From Scenedesmus sp. PABB004 (taxonomy: Eukaryota), in the NCBI GenBank assembly GCA_014905635.1, contig JABVCE010000018.1, positions 62,001-126,000 of the forward strand: a DNA stretch of 64,000 nt. The letters are read 5' to 3'. The first letter of the stretch is position 1; every line of letters starts with the position of its first letter. Shown here one piece after another: positions 24,245-38,831 of this stretch. Both the position numbers and the translations under genes were made by a program. The notes beneath the pieces are model-generated. The model was not told where the DNA came from. It saw only the letters and a list, made by a program, of their open reading frames with translations, and made no database searches.

Positions 24245-27200
24245 ATGGAGGCGGAGCTGCGTCGCGCGCTGCAGGCGGCGGCGGGCGTGCGCTGCAGCGA
24301 CGCGGCGCAGCTGGCGCAGCTCGAGGCGGCCGCGTGCACGCACGGCCTCACCGCCAAGGAGCTGGCCAGCAGGCTGGGCGCCTACCTGCTCAACCAGTGC
24401 GCGCGCGCGCGCTGCCGCACGCCGCGCCAGCGGCGCTGGCCAGCCGCTGCGAGCGGTGCGCGCGGCCGCGTCGCCGACGCCCCCCCCCCCCCCCCCCGCG
24501 CGCCGCGCACGCGCTCGCCGCCGCCGCCGCGCAGGGGCGCCATGGGCGGCGGCGCCCTGGCGGAGTCGACCCTCGCCGCCTTCCTGGGCGCGCTGGCGCG
24601 GCAGAGCAACAAGGAGAACCACGGCGGCGCGCGGCGCGGCGCGACGCCGTCGCACAAGCAGCGCGCCGACGCGCCGCGCGAGCCCAACGGGTGCGCGGCG
24701 GCGGCGGGCGGCCGGCCGGGGAGGCCGACGGCAGCCCGGCCGGGCAGCCGCCGTCTCCGCCGCAGCGCGGGGGCACGCGCCGTGCAGCCGGCGCGGCAGC
24801 TGAGCCGCCCGCCCTCCTGCCCGCAGGCTCACCGACATCTTGACCCGGCCTGACCAGCAGGGCCCGCCGAGCACGCCCCTGGCGGGCAGGACGCCCGGCG
24901 CGCCCGCGGCGACGGGCGGCGGCACGCCGCCGTCCACGCCGCCGGGCACTGCATTCAAGGCCCGGGCCAACGTGAGCGCGCAGGGGACCCCGGCCGCGCT
25001 GCAGCCGGCCCTGGGGCCGCGCGCAAACCCCTCTGCTGCGCCCTGCCCCGCAGAAGGGCCAGGTCGTGTCCACGCTCAACCCTGGCGTGCCCCACGCGGC
25101 GGCGCACGAGGTGGGGCGGCGGCGCCGCGCCGCGCGGCGGCTGCAGCTGCTCGCCGCGCCGCCGCTGGGCTGCCCACCCCGCGGCTGCGCCGCCCGCGCG
25201 CGCCCGCGCCGTGCGCCGCTCCAGGGCCGCGTCGTGCACCCCGAGCTGCGCGGCGCGGCGCTGCCGGCGCGGCACCACTGCCTCATGGAGCGCCTGGAGG
25301 ACAAGGTGGCCGCGGTCAACGCGCGCATCGCGGCCTGGCGCGCCGCGCTCGGCGCCGCGCTCGGCGGCGCCGCGCCGCGCGACGGCGGGGCGCAGCCCGA
25401 GGTCGCGGCCGTGGGCGTGCCCGTGCAGGTGGGGCGCCGCGCACGCCGCGCGCGCCGCGCGCCCCGCGCCCAGCCGGCGCCGACTGACGCCGCGCCGACT
25501 CGACGCCGCGCCGCGCAGGAGGAGTCGCTGTTTGTGGGCCGCGTCGTGTGCGAGGTGGAGGGCGGCCGGCTCAACGACACGGCGATCCTGCTCGAGGGAG
25601 ACACGCCCGGCAGCGCCGGCGGGCGCGCCGCGCTCGACCTGTCTGCCCTGCCCGCCTATAGGCTCTTTCCTGGCCAGGTGAGCGGGCCGTCACGATGCAG
25701 CGCCGCCGCGCCGCCGGCTGCCCGCGCCCCCCGCGCCCAGGGCCTGCTGCACAGCCGCCGCGGCGGGCGCCGGGGCTGCGCTGACGCCCCCCTGCCCCTC
25801 CCTGCGCCGCGGGCCGCCGCCGCGCCGCGCGCCCCCGGCAGACGGTGGCGGTGCGGGGCGTCAACCCCAGCGGCTCCCGCATCCTCGCCAAGGCCCTGTG
25901 GAGCCACCTGCCGCCGCCGCCGCCGCCGCCGGCGCGCAGCGCGGGCGGCGGCGCGGCCGACGCGATGCAGCTGGACGGCGGCGCCGGCCCGCTGAGCGCG
26001 GTCGTCGCGGCGGGGCCGTTCTGCCTGGCGGGCGACACTGAGTACTCGCCACTCACCGAGATGCTGCGAGAGCTCAAGGCCTCGCCGCCCGACATGCTCG
26101 TGCGCCGGGGGCCGCGGGGGCCGCGCGCGCAAGACCCCGCGCGGGGCGGGGGCGGGGGCGGGCCGGCGCGCCCCGCCGCCGCGGGGCGGCGCTGCTGACG
26201 CCCGCCCGCGCCCGCCCGCGCCCGCCCGCGCCCGGCCGCCCGCCCAGGTGCTGCTGGGGCCGTTTGTTGACGTCGAGGCGCCGCTCATCGGTGGCGGCCT
26301 CGTGGACGTGACCTTCGAGCAGCTCTTCAGGGACAAGGTGACCTAAACCCTGCCTGCCCGCGCCGCTGCTGCTGCTGCCAGCGCACCGGCAGCCTGGCAT
26401 GGCAGCCCGGCAGCCGCCTCCTTGGTGGCGGGCTGGCAGCGCACCGGCAGCCCGGCAGCCGCCTCCTTGGCGGCGGGCCGGCGGGCAGGCGGGCCAGCGC
26501 GCGGGAGCGAGCCTTCCCGCGCGGCGGCGGCCGGCGCGGAGCCTCACGCGCCCGCGCCCGCGCCCGCGCAGGTCGTGGCGCAGCTGCAGGCCTGGCAGCA
26601 GTCGATCGCCGCGGTGTGCCGCGTGGTGCTGGTGCCGGCGGTGCGGGACGCGTTCCAAGCCCCCACCTTCCCACAGCCCGCCATCGCGCTGCCGGCCGAC
26701 CAGGTGCGCGGCGACGGGGCGCGGCGGCGCGCGGGGCCAGGCGCCCCCCCGCCACCGCCGCCGCCGCCGCCGCGGCGGCGCCCTCACCCGCCGCCCCGTC
26801 GCCGCGCGGGGGCGCGCGCAGCAACTGGTGAGCCTGCAGAACCCCTGCTCCTTTGACGCGGCCGGCGTGCGCCTCGCGGGCAGCACCACCGACGTGCTGC
26901 GGCACCTCAGCGCGGTCGAGCTCGCCAAGGCCACCCCGGGCGCGCCCGCGGACCGCCTCGCCGCGCTCGCGAGCCACGTGGTCGGGCAGCGCAGGTGCGG
27001 CCGCCCCCCGCCCCTCACTCCCTGTTGCCGCGCCCGCCCGCGCAGCGCGCCCGAAACCCCGCCGCCGTCCTAAACCCCGCCCGCGCCCCCGCCCATGCCG
27101 CCGCCGCCGCCCTAAACCCCTGCCCGCCAGGTTTTACCCGCTTTACCCCGCCCCACCCGGCACCTGCCTCGACCTCACCGGCGACGCGGCGCTCGCGCTC

Positions 27201-27559
27201 GAGTCGCTGCCCGACCTGCTGCTGCTGCCCTCCGACCTCGCGCCCTTTGCCAAGGCGCTGCCCGCGGCGCCGGCGCGCGCCGACGGCGGCGGCTACGCGC
27301 CGGCGGGCAGCCCAGGTGGGCGCGGCGGCGCGGCGCGCCGGGGGACTGGGGACCGCCCAGCGCCGCGCGGCTGGCCGAGGCGCTGCTGCCGCCCCGCCCG
27401 CGCGCGCGCGCAGGCGCGGAGGGCGCGCCGCAGGTGGTGGTGATCAACCCTGGGCGCCTCGCCAAGGGCAGCAGCGGCGGCACGTACGCCCGCGTGAGCG
27501 TCGCCGCGGGCGCCGGCCCGCTGGCGGAGCGGACGCGCGTCGACATCGTGCGCGTGTGA
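24245..27559 (+). CDS. POLA2: DNA polymerase alpha subunit B (multi-exon)
   Basis: Motifs VGRVVCEVEGGRLNDTAILLEG, YRLFPGQ, VAAGPF, LLGPFVD, VVLVPAVRD, FPQP, LQNPC, FYPLYP, PDLLLLPSDL, INPGRLAKGSSGGTYA, typical of the Pol alpha/delta/epsilon B subunit. Confidence 0.92.
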
Positions 27560-27708
27560 GCCGCCTGGCGAGCTCTCGGGACGGCGGCGACGGCGGCGAG
27601 GCCGGGTGCGGGAGGGAGAGGGAGAGGTGAGGGAGGGGCAACACGGGAGCGCACCGCGTGCGCTGAGTAACGCGACGGCACGCGGACCGACGACAATCAG
27701 CCAGGGGT

Positions 27709-27713
27709 TTACA
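27709..27713 (-). promoter_or_regulatory. Putative chlorophyte polyadenylation signal TGTAA for RPT1
   Basis: TTACA on + strand, ~300 nt downstream of the RPT1 stop. UGUAA is the known Chlamydomonas poly(A) signal. Confidence 0.4.
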
Positions 27714-28008
27714 GCGGACCCCCGAGCCCGCCTCGCTTTGCAGCGAGCGGCGGCGCCGCGCCAACGCAGGAAAACCTGTGGGGCGCCGTCGCGACCCCAA
27801 CCCGCCAGCCGTCGCCCCGCGCCCGCCGGCGCTGCGGCGGCCGCGCCGCGTGGCGCCCGGCGGCTGCCGCTGCAGCCGCCCGCGCGCGCGCGCGCACGCG
27901 CCGGGCCGGGCCGCGCCGCCCGCGCCGGCGCCCCGGGCGCGGCCGGCCGGCGTGGGCTGGGCACGCTCGCCCAACCGAGCTGGAGCTCAGCCGAGCTGGA
28001 GCTCCAGC

Positions 28009-30246
<2,238 letters not shown>

Positions 30247-30740
30247 GGCGCCTGCCGCGCCCGGGGGCGCCCGGGCCGCGCGGGGGGCCCGGGAGCGGGC
30301 GGGATGCGCGCGAGCTGCTGCTGCTGTTGGGGCGGGCGCGTGTGCGGAGGCTGGCGGTCTGGCGGCCTGTCCCACGCCACGAGTCAAGCGTCGCCGTCGT
30401 CGTCGCGCCACGGGTGTGGGGACCGGGAGCCGGGGCGCGGCGCACGGGGCGGGCTGTGGTATGAGGCGAGGCGAAACCTGGGCCCTCGGGAGACCTGGGC
30501 CCTGGCCGACCCCTCCCCCGTGCCGTGCTCGTCCCCCCTGGCCGCAGTCACGTGCTCGCAGGCGACGCGAGCCCGCGCGCACCGCGCGCGGCACGCGGCG
30601 GGGGTTGGGGCGGTTGCGCCGGCCGCCGCCGCGCGCGCCGCCGGCGGGACGGCGCGCGGCAGCTGGCCGCCGCCACCAGTCAGCACCGCAGCCGCCGCCG
30701 CCGCAGGAGCCAGCTGTGATCACGGGCTCTTACGCACCGT

Positions 30741-31328
30741 GCCGCCACCCAAGCCCCGTGGCCCGCGCGCCCGAGATGTGCGTGTGCGGCACGCCGCTCC
30801 CCTGGCTACGCCCGCGCGCCCTGGCGGCGCGGGCGGCGGCTGCTCACCGGCGGCCGCCAGCGGCGGCCGGGAGGTGCGGTACTCCAGCTGCAGGTACTGC
30901 GCGGCGCCCCGCTGCGCCCGGCCCCAGCCACACACTGCTGCCGGCCCGGCCGCTCGACACGCTGTACTACGAGCGCAGCGAGCGTGGCGGGGCTGCCGCG
31001 CCTGGTCGGCGGGCCGGGGGGGGGGGGGGCGCCCCGCGTTGACGCACGCTGCGCCGCGCCGCCGGCGGCGGTGCTGCCGTGGGCCGCGCAGCTGCGTTCA
31101 GGGGCTCTTGGCTGTCGCAGGGCCATCGTGGCGCGCCACGAACCGCTCGCGCGCAGCGCAGCGGCCGCGCGTGACCGGGTGCCCGGCGCTGGGTCAAAGG
31201 CCGGGGGCATCGGGTGCGACGCACCCGGCGGGCGCGCAGCGGTCCACGGCCGCCTTCGGTCGGCCGGAAACGTCGGCCCTGATGCCAGCCTACGATCTGC
31301 GGCACCGCGGCGCCCAGGCGCGCGCCTG
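30741..31328 (-). repeat. Inverted repeat, right copy (core); decayed homology extends to ~31390, resumes ~31592-31830
   Basis: Reverse complement of 23134-23724. Confidence 0.95.
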
Positions 31329-31485
31329 CGTGTGGTGTGCGAGGTCGGTGCGCGCCACTTTGCGCGCGGCCAGGGACTTCAGGAGCAGGCTGCGCGGCGC
31401 CAGCTCACGGCGGCGGGCTGGGCAGCGGGGCCCTGCCACAGCGCCGCCGGCGGCGGCTGAGCGACGGCTGGGCGGCGGCCGTGAT

Positions 31486-31540
31486 ACCGTACCGTACCGT
31501 ACCGTACCGTACCGTACCGTACCGTACCGTACCGTACCGT
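31486..31540. repeat. (ACCGT)11 pentanucleotide microsatellite
   Basis: 11 perfect units seen directly. Confidence 0.97.
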
Positions 31541-31941
31541 ATGCGTCACGCGACCCGCGCGCGTCTGCGCTGTGCGACGCCGCGCCGTGCCGCGCCGCGC
31601 GGCACGCCGCTGTCCACCACTCCCAGCCGCACCCGGTGCGCGTGCGCACCGCTCCCACATGCCACCACACGGGCCGAACAGCACGGCCGGCCTTGCTTGC
31701 TCAGGACGCCCGCACCCCACCAGCGCTGCCACGCGCGAGCAAAGCCCTGGACGCGCTCGCAAAAACCTGCTGCGCCGCGTGCGCAGGGAGCGGCGGCCGC
31801 CCGCGGTCCCCTCACTCGCTGGCACACACCCTGGGCCCCCCGCGACGCCACCCACTGGCCGACGCAGCAGCCGGGACACGCCGCACGCGCGCCGACTGCG
31901 CCGCCGCTGCTGCCGCCCGCGCCATTTCCGGTGGGGGGGGC

Positions 31942-33065
31942 ATGCAGTCGCAGGGCCTGGCCCAGCGGGGGGTGCAGCCTCTGGGGCGGCCGCTGCGTGG
32001 CCGGCGGCGGCCCGTGGTCGCCCCGGTGGCCGCGCCGGGCGGGGCATCCACGTCGGGGCGCCTGGACTACGCGCCCAGCCCGGAGCCGTCGCTGCTGCGC
32101 GCCGAGCTGCTAGCGCCCGGTGCTTCGGACGCGCCCTGGGTGCGGCCGGCGCCGCAGACCTACACGCGGCCCAGCGTCCGCGAGAGCGGCACGCTCCGGC
32201 CTGCCGCGGAGTGGTACCCCGCCTGGATGCGCTACCGGCGACGCGAGGACAACTACATGTTCTGGCAGGACAAGTTCAGCCGCTGCGCGCTCGACATACC
32301 CCGTGCGTCGCGCGCCGGCGCGCGTCGGCCGCCGCCGCCGCTGCTGCCGCCGCTGCCCGGGGCGGCGCCCCGCCGCGCGCGGCCCGGCGCGCACGCGGGG
32401 CCAGCGGCGCGCAGCAGCAAGCCCGAGGAGCAGCACAGCAGCGCCGGGGGCGGCAGGCGGGCCCTGCTGCGGCGCCGCCACGCGCCCACGCGCCCGCGCC
32501 GCCCCGCGCACCACCACGCCGCGCAGCGATCGAGAAGCGTTGGACGGTGTTCAGCAGCCTCTGGTACCTGGTGATGGAGCTCAAGTTCTTCGGCACGCCG
32601 CCGGCGCTGCGCTTCCTCGCCCACCTCGCCTGGCGCCGCGTGCTGGGCGCCGCGTACGCCGCGCACAAGGCGCTCGTGCTCTGGCGTGAGTTCCCCCGCG
32701 CGCCCGCGCGGCGCAGCACGGCCCCCTGCAAATGCAGTCGCAAACGCCGCCGCCTCGCAGAGGCCAAGGTCGACGCGGGGCTCGCGGCGCGCGCGACGGG
32801 CGGGCGCGTGTCGACGTTCAGCCGCGCGATGGCGCTGCGGCGGCTGCACTGGCGCAACAGCCTGCTGGGCGAGGCGCTGTACCTGGTCAACGTCGCAAAG
32901 GTGCGGGCGGCGCGGGGCGCGGGTGCGCGGGGGCGGCCTGCCCTGGCGCGCGAGCGCTCACGCGCGCCGCCGCCGCCGCCGCCGCCGCCGCAGACGGGGC
33001 GCGTGCACCTGCTGCCGCCGGAGAAGCGCCCGCCGCAGCGGCCGACGATGTTCTGGTTGTTCTGA
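31942..33065 (+). CDS. Hypothetical protein, probable plastid transit peptide, 4 exons
   Basis: MQSQGLAQRGVQP...; aromatic-rich core EWYPAWMRYRRREDNYMFWQDKF, KRWTVFSSLWYLVMELKFFG; ends RPTMFWLF*. GT-AG introns keep the frame. Confidence 0.75.
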
Positions 33066-33345
33066 ACGTGTTTTTTAATCGACGGCATTTGGACCGCATC
33101 GGTTTGATGCCGTCGAACTCGAATCGCGCTGCCCAACAAACGCAGCAGCTCTCACCCCCATCGCGCCTCACCCCGCGCCAGCACGAGCCAAGTTCCAGGC
33201 CGTGCTGCTGCCTCGCAAGCCCTCGCGCGCCCTCACCGCCCAGGCGCCCCCTGCGCCCGCTCCCGAGCAGCTCCGGGGGCAGGCGGGGCCGTCCCTGCGT
33301 CGAGCGTGGCGCCCAGGCGGTCATAGCCGCGCAGCAGCGCCCGCG

Positions 33346-35458
33346 ATGCAGCAGCAGCGCCTCGCGCGCTGCGGCGGGCCCAGCGCCCGGCCGGGCCTGG
33401 CCGCGCGACAACGCCGTCCCCTGGCGCCCGCGCCGTCGCCCGGCCCGCTGCGGGCGGGCGGCGGCGCCGGCGCGCGCGTCGCGGCGCCGGAGCGGCAGGC
33501 GCAGCCCGCGGCGGCGGGCCCCGGTTTCACGCCGAGCAAGGTCGCCATCTTCGTGGAGCCCAGCCCGTTCAGCCACATCAGCGGCATGAAGAACCGCTTC
33601 GAGAGCCTCATCAAGAACCTGCGCGAGGCGGGGGACGAGGTCATGGTCGTCACGCCCGACCGCACGCCGCCAAAGGAGTTTTGCGGCGCGCGCGTCGTCA
33701 ACGTGCTCGGCTTCAAGCTCCCCTTCTACAAGTCCGCCACGCTCCTGCTCTCGCTCGGCCTCTCCGCGCGCGTGCTCTTCTACCTGCTGCGCCAGCGGCC
33801 GCAGGTCATCCACGTGTCGACGCCGGGCGTGATGTGCTTTGCCGCCGTGCTCTACGCGCGCCTGCTCGCGGTGCCGCTCGTCATGAGCTACCACACACAC
33901 ATCCCCGAGTACATCCCGCGGTGAGGGCGCCGCGCGGGCACGGGGCTTTTTTGGGGGGGGGGGTGCGCGGGTGCGGGCGCGCGGGCGGGCGCGCGCACGG
34001 GTGCGGCCGCTCTGACCGCCGCGCTGACCGCCGCGCTGACTGCCGCGCCGACCGCGCGCGCGCAGCTACACGTGGCGCGGGCTGGTCGCGCCGATGTGGA
34101 GCATCATCCGCTGGTGCACGCGCCGCGCCGACCTCACGCTCGTCACGAGCAAAGCGATGAAGGCGCGCCGCCGCCGCGCAGCGCGCACGCGGCGCACGGC
34201 ACGCAGCACGGCACGCCGCGCGGCATCCGCCACCACGCGCAGTCCGTCGCATGGCACGCAGCGCGCCGCACGCCGCTCACCCCGCGCCGCCGCGCTGGCG
34301 CCGCCACCGCAGGACGAGCTTACGCGCAACAAGTGCCGCGCGCGGTCGATCGAGGTGTGGCAGCGCGGCGTGGACACGGACGTGTTCAACCCGCGGCACA
34401 AGTGCGCGGCGATGCGCGCGCGCATGACCGACGGCCACCCCGAGGCGCCGCTGCTCGTCTACGTCGGCCGCCTCGGCGCGGAGAAGAACACCGAGGCGCT
34501 CAAGGACATCCTGCTGCAGGCGCGCCGCACACGCGCTGCATGCGCGCGCGCCAGCCTCCCCGACCCGCGGCGCGCTGCGCTGGCGGCGCCGCCGGCGCCC
34601 AGCGCCAGCGCCGCGCTCGCGCGCCTGACGCGCCCGCCTGACGCGCCCGCCCGCGCACGCGCAGGTGCCCGGCGCGCGGCTCGCGCTCGTCGGCGACGGC
34701 CCGCAGCGCGCCGAGCTGGAGCGCATGTTCAAAGGCATGCCAGTCAAGTTCATGGTGCGCCCCCGCCCCCCCCCCCCCCCCCGCGCGCGCCTCGCTGCGC
34801 CGGCCCTGCCTGCCTCTTCCCCGCAGCCTGGCTGCACCCCTGCGCTGCGCCCACGCCCACGCGCCGCCGCCGCCTCTTCTCCTCCCCCTCTCGTCCTCTC
34901 CTTCCCTCCTCCCTCTCCCGCCGCCGCGTGCAGGGCATGATGTCGGGCGAGGCGCTGAGCCAGGCGTACGCGAGCGCCGACGTGTTTGTCATGCCGAGCG
35001 AGACCGAGACGCTCGGCTTTGTGGTGCTCGAGGCGATGGCCTCGGGCGTGCCCGTCGTCGCCGTCGCGGCGGGGGGCCTGACCGACATCCTCACCCAGCC
35101 CGGCACGACCGGCCTGCTCTACGCGCCCGGCGACTACGCGGCCGCGGCGGCGCACGTGCGCGCGCTGCTGGCCGACCCGGGCGCCGCGGCGCGCATCGCG
35201 GCCGCGGGGCGGCGCGAGGTCGAGCTCTTCGGCTGGTCCTCCGCGACGCGCGTGCTGCGCGAGAAGCAGTACGCGCGCGCGGTGCGGCTGAGCGTCGGCA
35301 AGCGGCGCTTCTGGGTGCTCGCGCTGCGCATCGGGCTCGCGCGGCTCGGGCGCGCGCTGCTGGGGCTCGTCGCGGCGGCGTGGCAGGCGGTCGTGGCGGC
35401 GCTCGACTACGCGCGGCCGTTCCGCCCGTCGCCGCCGCCGCCCGCCGCGGCGGTGTAG
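33346..35458 (+). CDS. SQD2: Sulfoquinovosyltransferase / sulfolipid synthase SQD2 (GT4)
   Basis: VAIFVEPSPFSHISGMKNRF, SYHTHIPEYIPRY, WQRGVDTDVFNP, YVGRLGAEKN, YASADVFVMPSETETLGFVVLEAMASG. Confidence 0.92.
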
Positions 35459-35797
35459 AGCGGCGGCGGTGGCCCTGCGCGGCACGCGGCGAGCGGCGAG
35501 CGCCGCTCGCCGCGCGCGCGTTTTTGGCGGCGCGCGGCGCGCGGCGATGTGATGGAAAAGCCCGATCCCGCGCTCCCGCACTAGCCCCGGGCTCACGACG
35601 CCAGCAGCGCGCACGCCGGCAGCGACCGCGCCACGAGCACGCCAAACTCGTGCTGTCGTCGCCGACAGCCGATCTCCGCGCATTGTAGCCTTGCCCGCGC
35701 GCGCTGCGAGCATGCTCGTCACGCAGAGGAGGTCCCGTGGCGCGCTGGTCCGCGCGGGCCGGGCCCAGGGCCCGCTGCGCGCGCCGGTGGCCCAGCC

Positions 35798-37551
35798 ATG
35801 CTCGCGACGCGGCACGGGTGCGCGCTGGCGCGGCGCTGGGCGCTTCGATCGCGGGGACAGCGCCGCAGCGGCAGCTCAGGAGCGGCGCAGCAGCCCGCGC
35901 GACCCGCGGCGCGGCGCAGCAGCGGCGGCAGCGGCGGCGGCCGCGCGACGGCGTCTCCGCGCGCCTCCGCCGCCGCAGTGGCCCGCGTCTCGCTGCGCCC
36001 GGGTGAGACGCCGGAGCAGGCGCAGGAGCGGCGCATGCGCGAGAGCGCGCGCGTGGAGGAGCGGGTCGTCAACGTGGCGACCGCCGCCGACTGGGACGCC
36101 GCGACGGCGGCGGCGGGCGACAAGCTGGTGGTGCTGGAGGTGCGCCGCCGGCGCTGCGGCGGCGGCGGCGGCGGAGCTGCGGCGCCGCTGCAGTGGCCGC
36201 GGCTGCGGGCCCCCGCGCCGGGGCGCGCCCCCTCAGCGAGGGCGCCTCTCACGCCGCGCGCCGCGGCGCAACCTGCGGCCGCAGGTTGAGAGCGAGCGGC
36301 TGTGCCAGACGGGGCTGGAGGAGGAGGCGGAGCTGCAGTGGAAGGCGGACCAGGCGGCGGCGATGGCGCCGTGCCAGGGCATCAAGCACACGTTTGCGCG
36401 CATCGCGCGCGAGTGCACCGACGTCACCTTTCTCTCACTCAACGTGAGGCGGCCCTCCTCCGCACTCTGCCGCCGCGGGCCTCGAGCGGGGGCCGCGCCG
36501 CCGCGCTCGCCCGCGCGCTCGCCCACGCGCGCGCGCGCCGCACGCGCAACCGCGCTGCGCAGGCGGACGACCCTGACGCCGCGGGCCTGCTGGACCAGCT
36601 GAGCATTGACGTCATCCCCAGCGTGCAGTTTTGGCGCGCCGGCAAGCTGCTGTGGGAGCACCGCGGCGTCAACCAGCTCGAGCGTGACCTCGGCGAGGGC
36701 GTGCTGTACTTTGGCGACAGGTGACCGATTGGTTTGATCGCCTGACCGCCGCGCCGCGCAGCGCCCGCGGCGCCGCCGCTCGAGGGCTCGCCCCGAGGGG
36801 CTGCCCCCGCACGCGCCGCGCGTGCGGATGGGTTCAGCGCCGCCGCCCCGCCGCCGCCGCCGCAGCGCCGCGGGCGGCGTGCACGCGAGCGAGCACGTGA
36901 CCGAGCTGCACAGCCAGGCCGACCTGGACGCGTTTGTGGGCGGCGCGGAGGAGCGCGTGCTGACGGTCGTCGACGTGAGCGTGTCGAGCGCGTCGCCCTG
37001 CATCCACATCTTCCCCGCGGTGCTCGCCCTCGCGCGCAGCTTCAAGGGCTACGCCACGTTTGGCCGGTGCGCGCCCGGCCGCCGCGCCCACACCGCGCCC
37101 GCCGCTGCGCCCGCCGCGCCCGCCGTTGCGCCCGCCGCGCCCGCCGCGCGTGCGCGCCGGCGCCGGGAGCCGACGCGACGTGCGGCCGACACCCCCGCGC
37201 GGCCGCAGGCTGATGGGCGACGGCGGCCCCGACGCGGCGGCGGTGGTCGCGCGGTACAACGTGGTGGAGGTGCCGACATTTCTGTTTTTCAAGGGCGGCC
37301 GCGAGGTCGCGCGCCACGTGGGCAGCAGCCGCGGCGACCTCATCGGACGCATCCTGCAGGTGAGAGCCGTGCGGCGCGCGGCGCGCGGCGCGCGGCGGGA
37401 GCCTGCGTGCAGCCTGCCGCCCGCGTGCGCGCGCTGACGCGCGAGCGCCGCCGCCGCCGCCGCCGCCGGCGCGCAGATTCAGTCGGAGTTTGGCGTCGCG
37501 CCGCCGCCGCCGCCCAAGCCCGCGGGCGCCGTGCCGCGCCGCAGGCGCTGA
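35798..37551 (+). CDS. CDSP32: CDSP32-like two-domain plastid thioredoxin
   Basis: Transit peptide, EERVVNV...GDKLVVLE, GVLYFGD linker, second TRX fold with YNVVEVPTFLFFKGGREVARHVGSSRGDLIGRILQ. Confidence 0.82.
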
Positions 37552-38176
37552 GCGGGCGCGGGGCGCGGCGCCACGCCCCGGCCGCGCGCGGCGTTGCCGT
37601 GCCCTCTGCGCTGGAGCGCAGCCGCGTGCGGCGGGGCGAGGCTCCCGAGGGGGGGGGGTCTGTGGCGGGATTTTCTCACCCCGCGCCGGCTGCAGCTGCT
37701 GGCGTCGTCGGGCTCGGGGCTCGGGGTGCTGTTGCGGTTGCCGGCACGTCACGCCGCACCGCCGCCGGCGCGGCGGGTCATCGCGGGGGCTGCGGCAGGC
37801 AGTTTGCGCCGCCGCGCGCACTGGAGACTTGAGGCTCCGCGGGCCGGCCGCGGCGCGCGTCTGCATTCACTACAGGGGCGGGGCTTGTGCGGGACGGGAC
37901 GGCCACCGACGGCTGGAGCAGCGTTCACACACGTGCCACGCGCGCTCCCCGCCGGGCAGCAGCTGCTGCCCGCGTGGGCGCGCCGTGCCGCCCAGGGCAA
38001 CGGGGACCGCCGCGGCCGCCCCGCCCTACGCTCGGCAGTGCAGCAGGGAAGCAGCACCAGCAGCCGCTCGCGGCGTCCGCCGCGCCGGCGCGCGCGCTGC
38101 CGCTGCAGCGCGCGTGCGCGGCCAGCCGGCAGCGCCGCGCCTCTCTCGCCCGGCCGCCCGCGCGGCCGCCCGCGCG

Positions 38177-38791
38177 TCACGGCGGCTGCGCCGCGTCGGC
38201 CGCGAGCTCGGCGGCGACCTTCCGCAGCAGCGCGTCCACGGGCTGGTGCGCGTTGGCGACCGCCTTCGCCACGCGCGTCCAGCGCTCGCCGTGGTGCGGG
38301 TCGGCCGCAACGGCCTTCGCCATGACCGCGGCCTGCGTCTCGGGCGTGCCGAACTGGCCCTCGAAGCGCCAGAGCAGCGCCCAGTGGTCGCCGATGTCGG
38401 GGTCGAGCGTGACCGCGCGCTGCAGCCAGTTGCGCGCCTTGTCGGTCTTGCGGTCCGCCCAAAACAGCTGCGCGACCGCCACAATCTGTGCGCGGGCCGC
38501 CGCGGGCGGTCCGTCGGGCGGGCGGCGCGCGCGGTCGGGCGGCGCTGCGCGGCACGGCGCTGCGCGCGCGGCAGCAGGGCGGCGGCGGCCGGCGCGGCGC
38601 GGCGGCGCGGTGCGCGCACCACGTAAGGGTCGTTGTCGCAGCGCTTCATCGCGTCGGCCGCCTTGGTGCGGCGCTGCGGGCGCGGTGCCATGCTGACCGC
38701 CTCGGCCCAGAGCAGGCCCGAGTTGGGGCAGTCCTGGCGCGCAGGGCGAGGAGGGAACGGCCGTGTGAGCGCGGGGGGCGAGCGGCAGCGC

Positions 38792-38831
<40 letters not shown>

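Noticed and set aside
26369..26480. Intronic ~40-bp direct duplication in POLA2
   Set aside because: Ordinary slippage duplication with no element hallmarks.
31255..31300. Hammerhead-ribozyme-like words (GAAAC, CTGATG) in the inverted repeat
   Set aside because: The core CUGANGA is incomplete, stems are not supported, and GAAA is not kept in the other copy.
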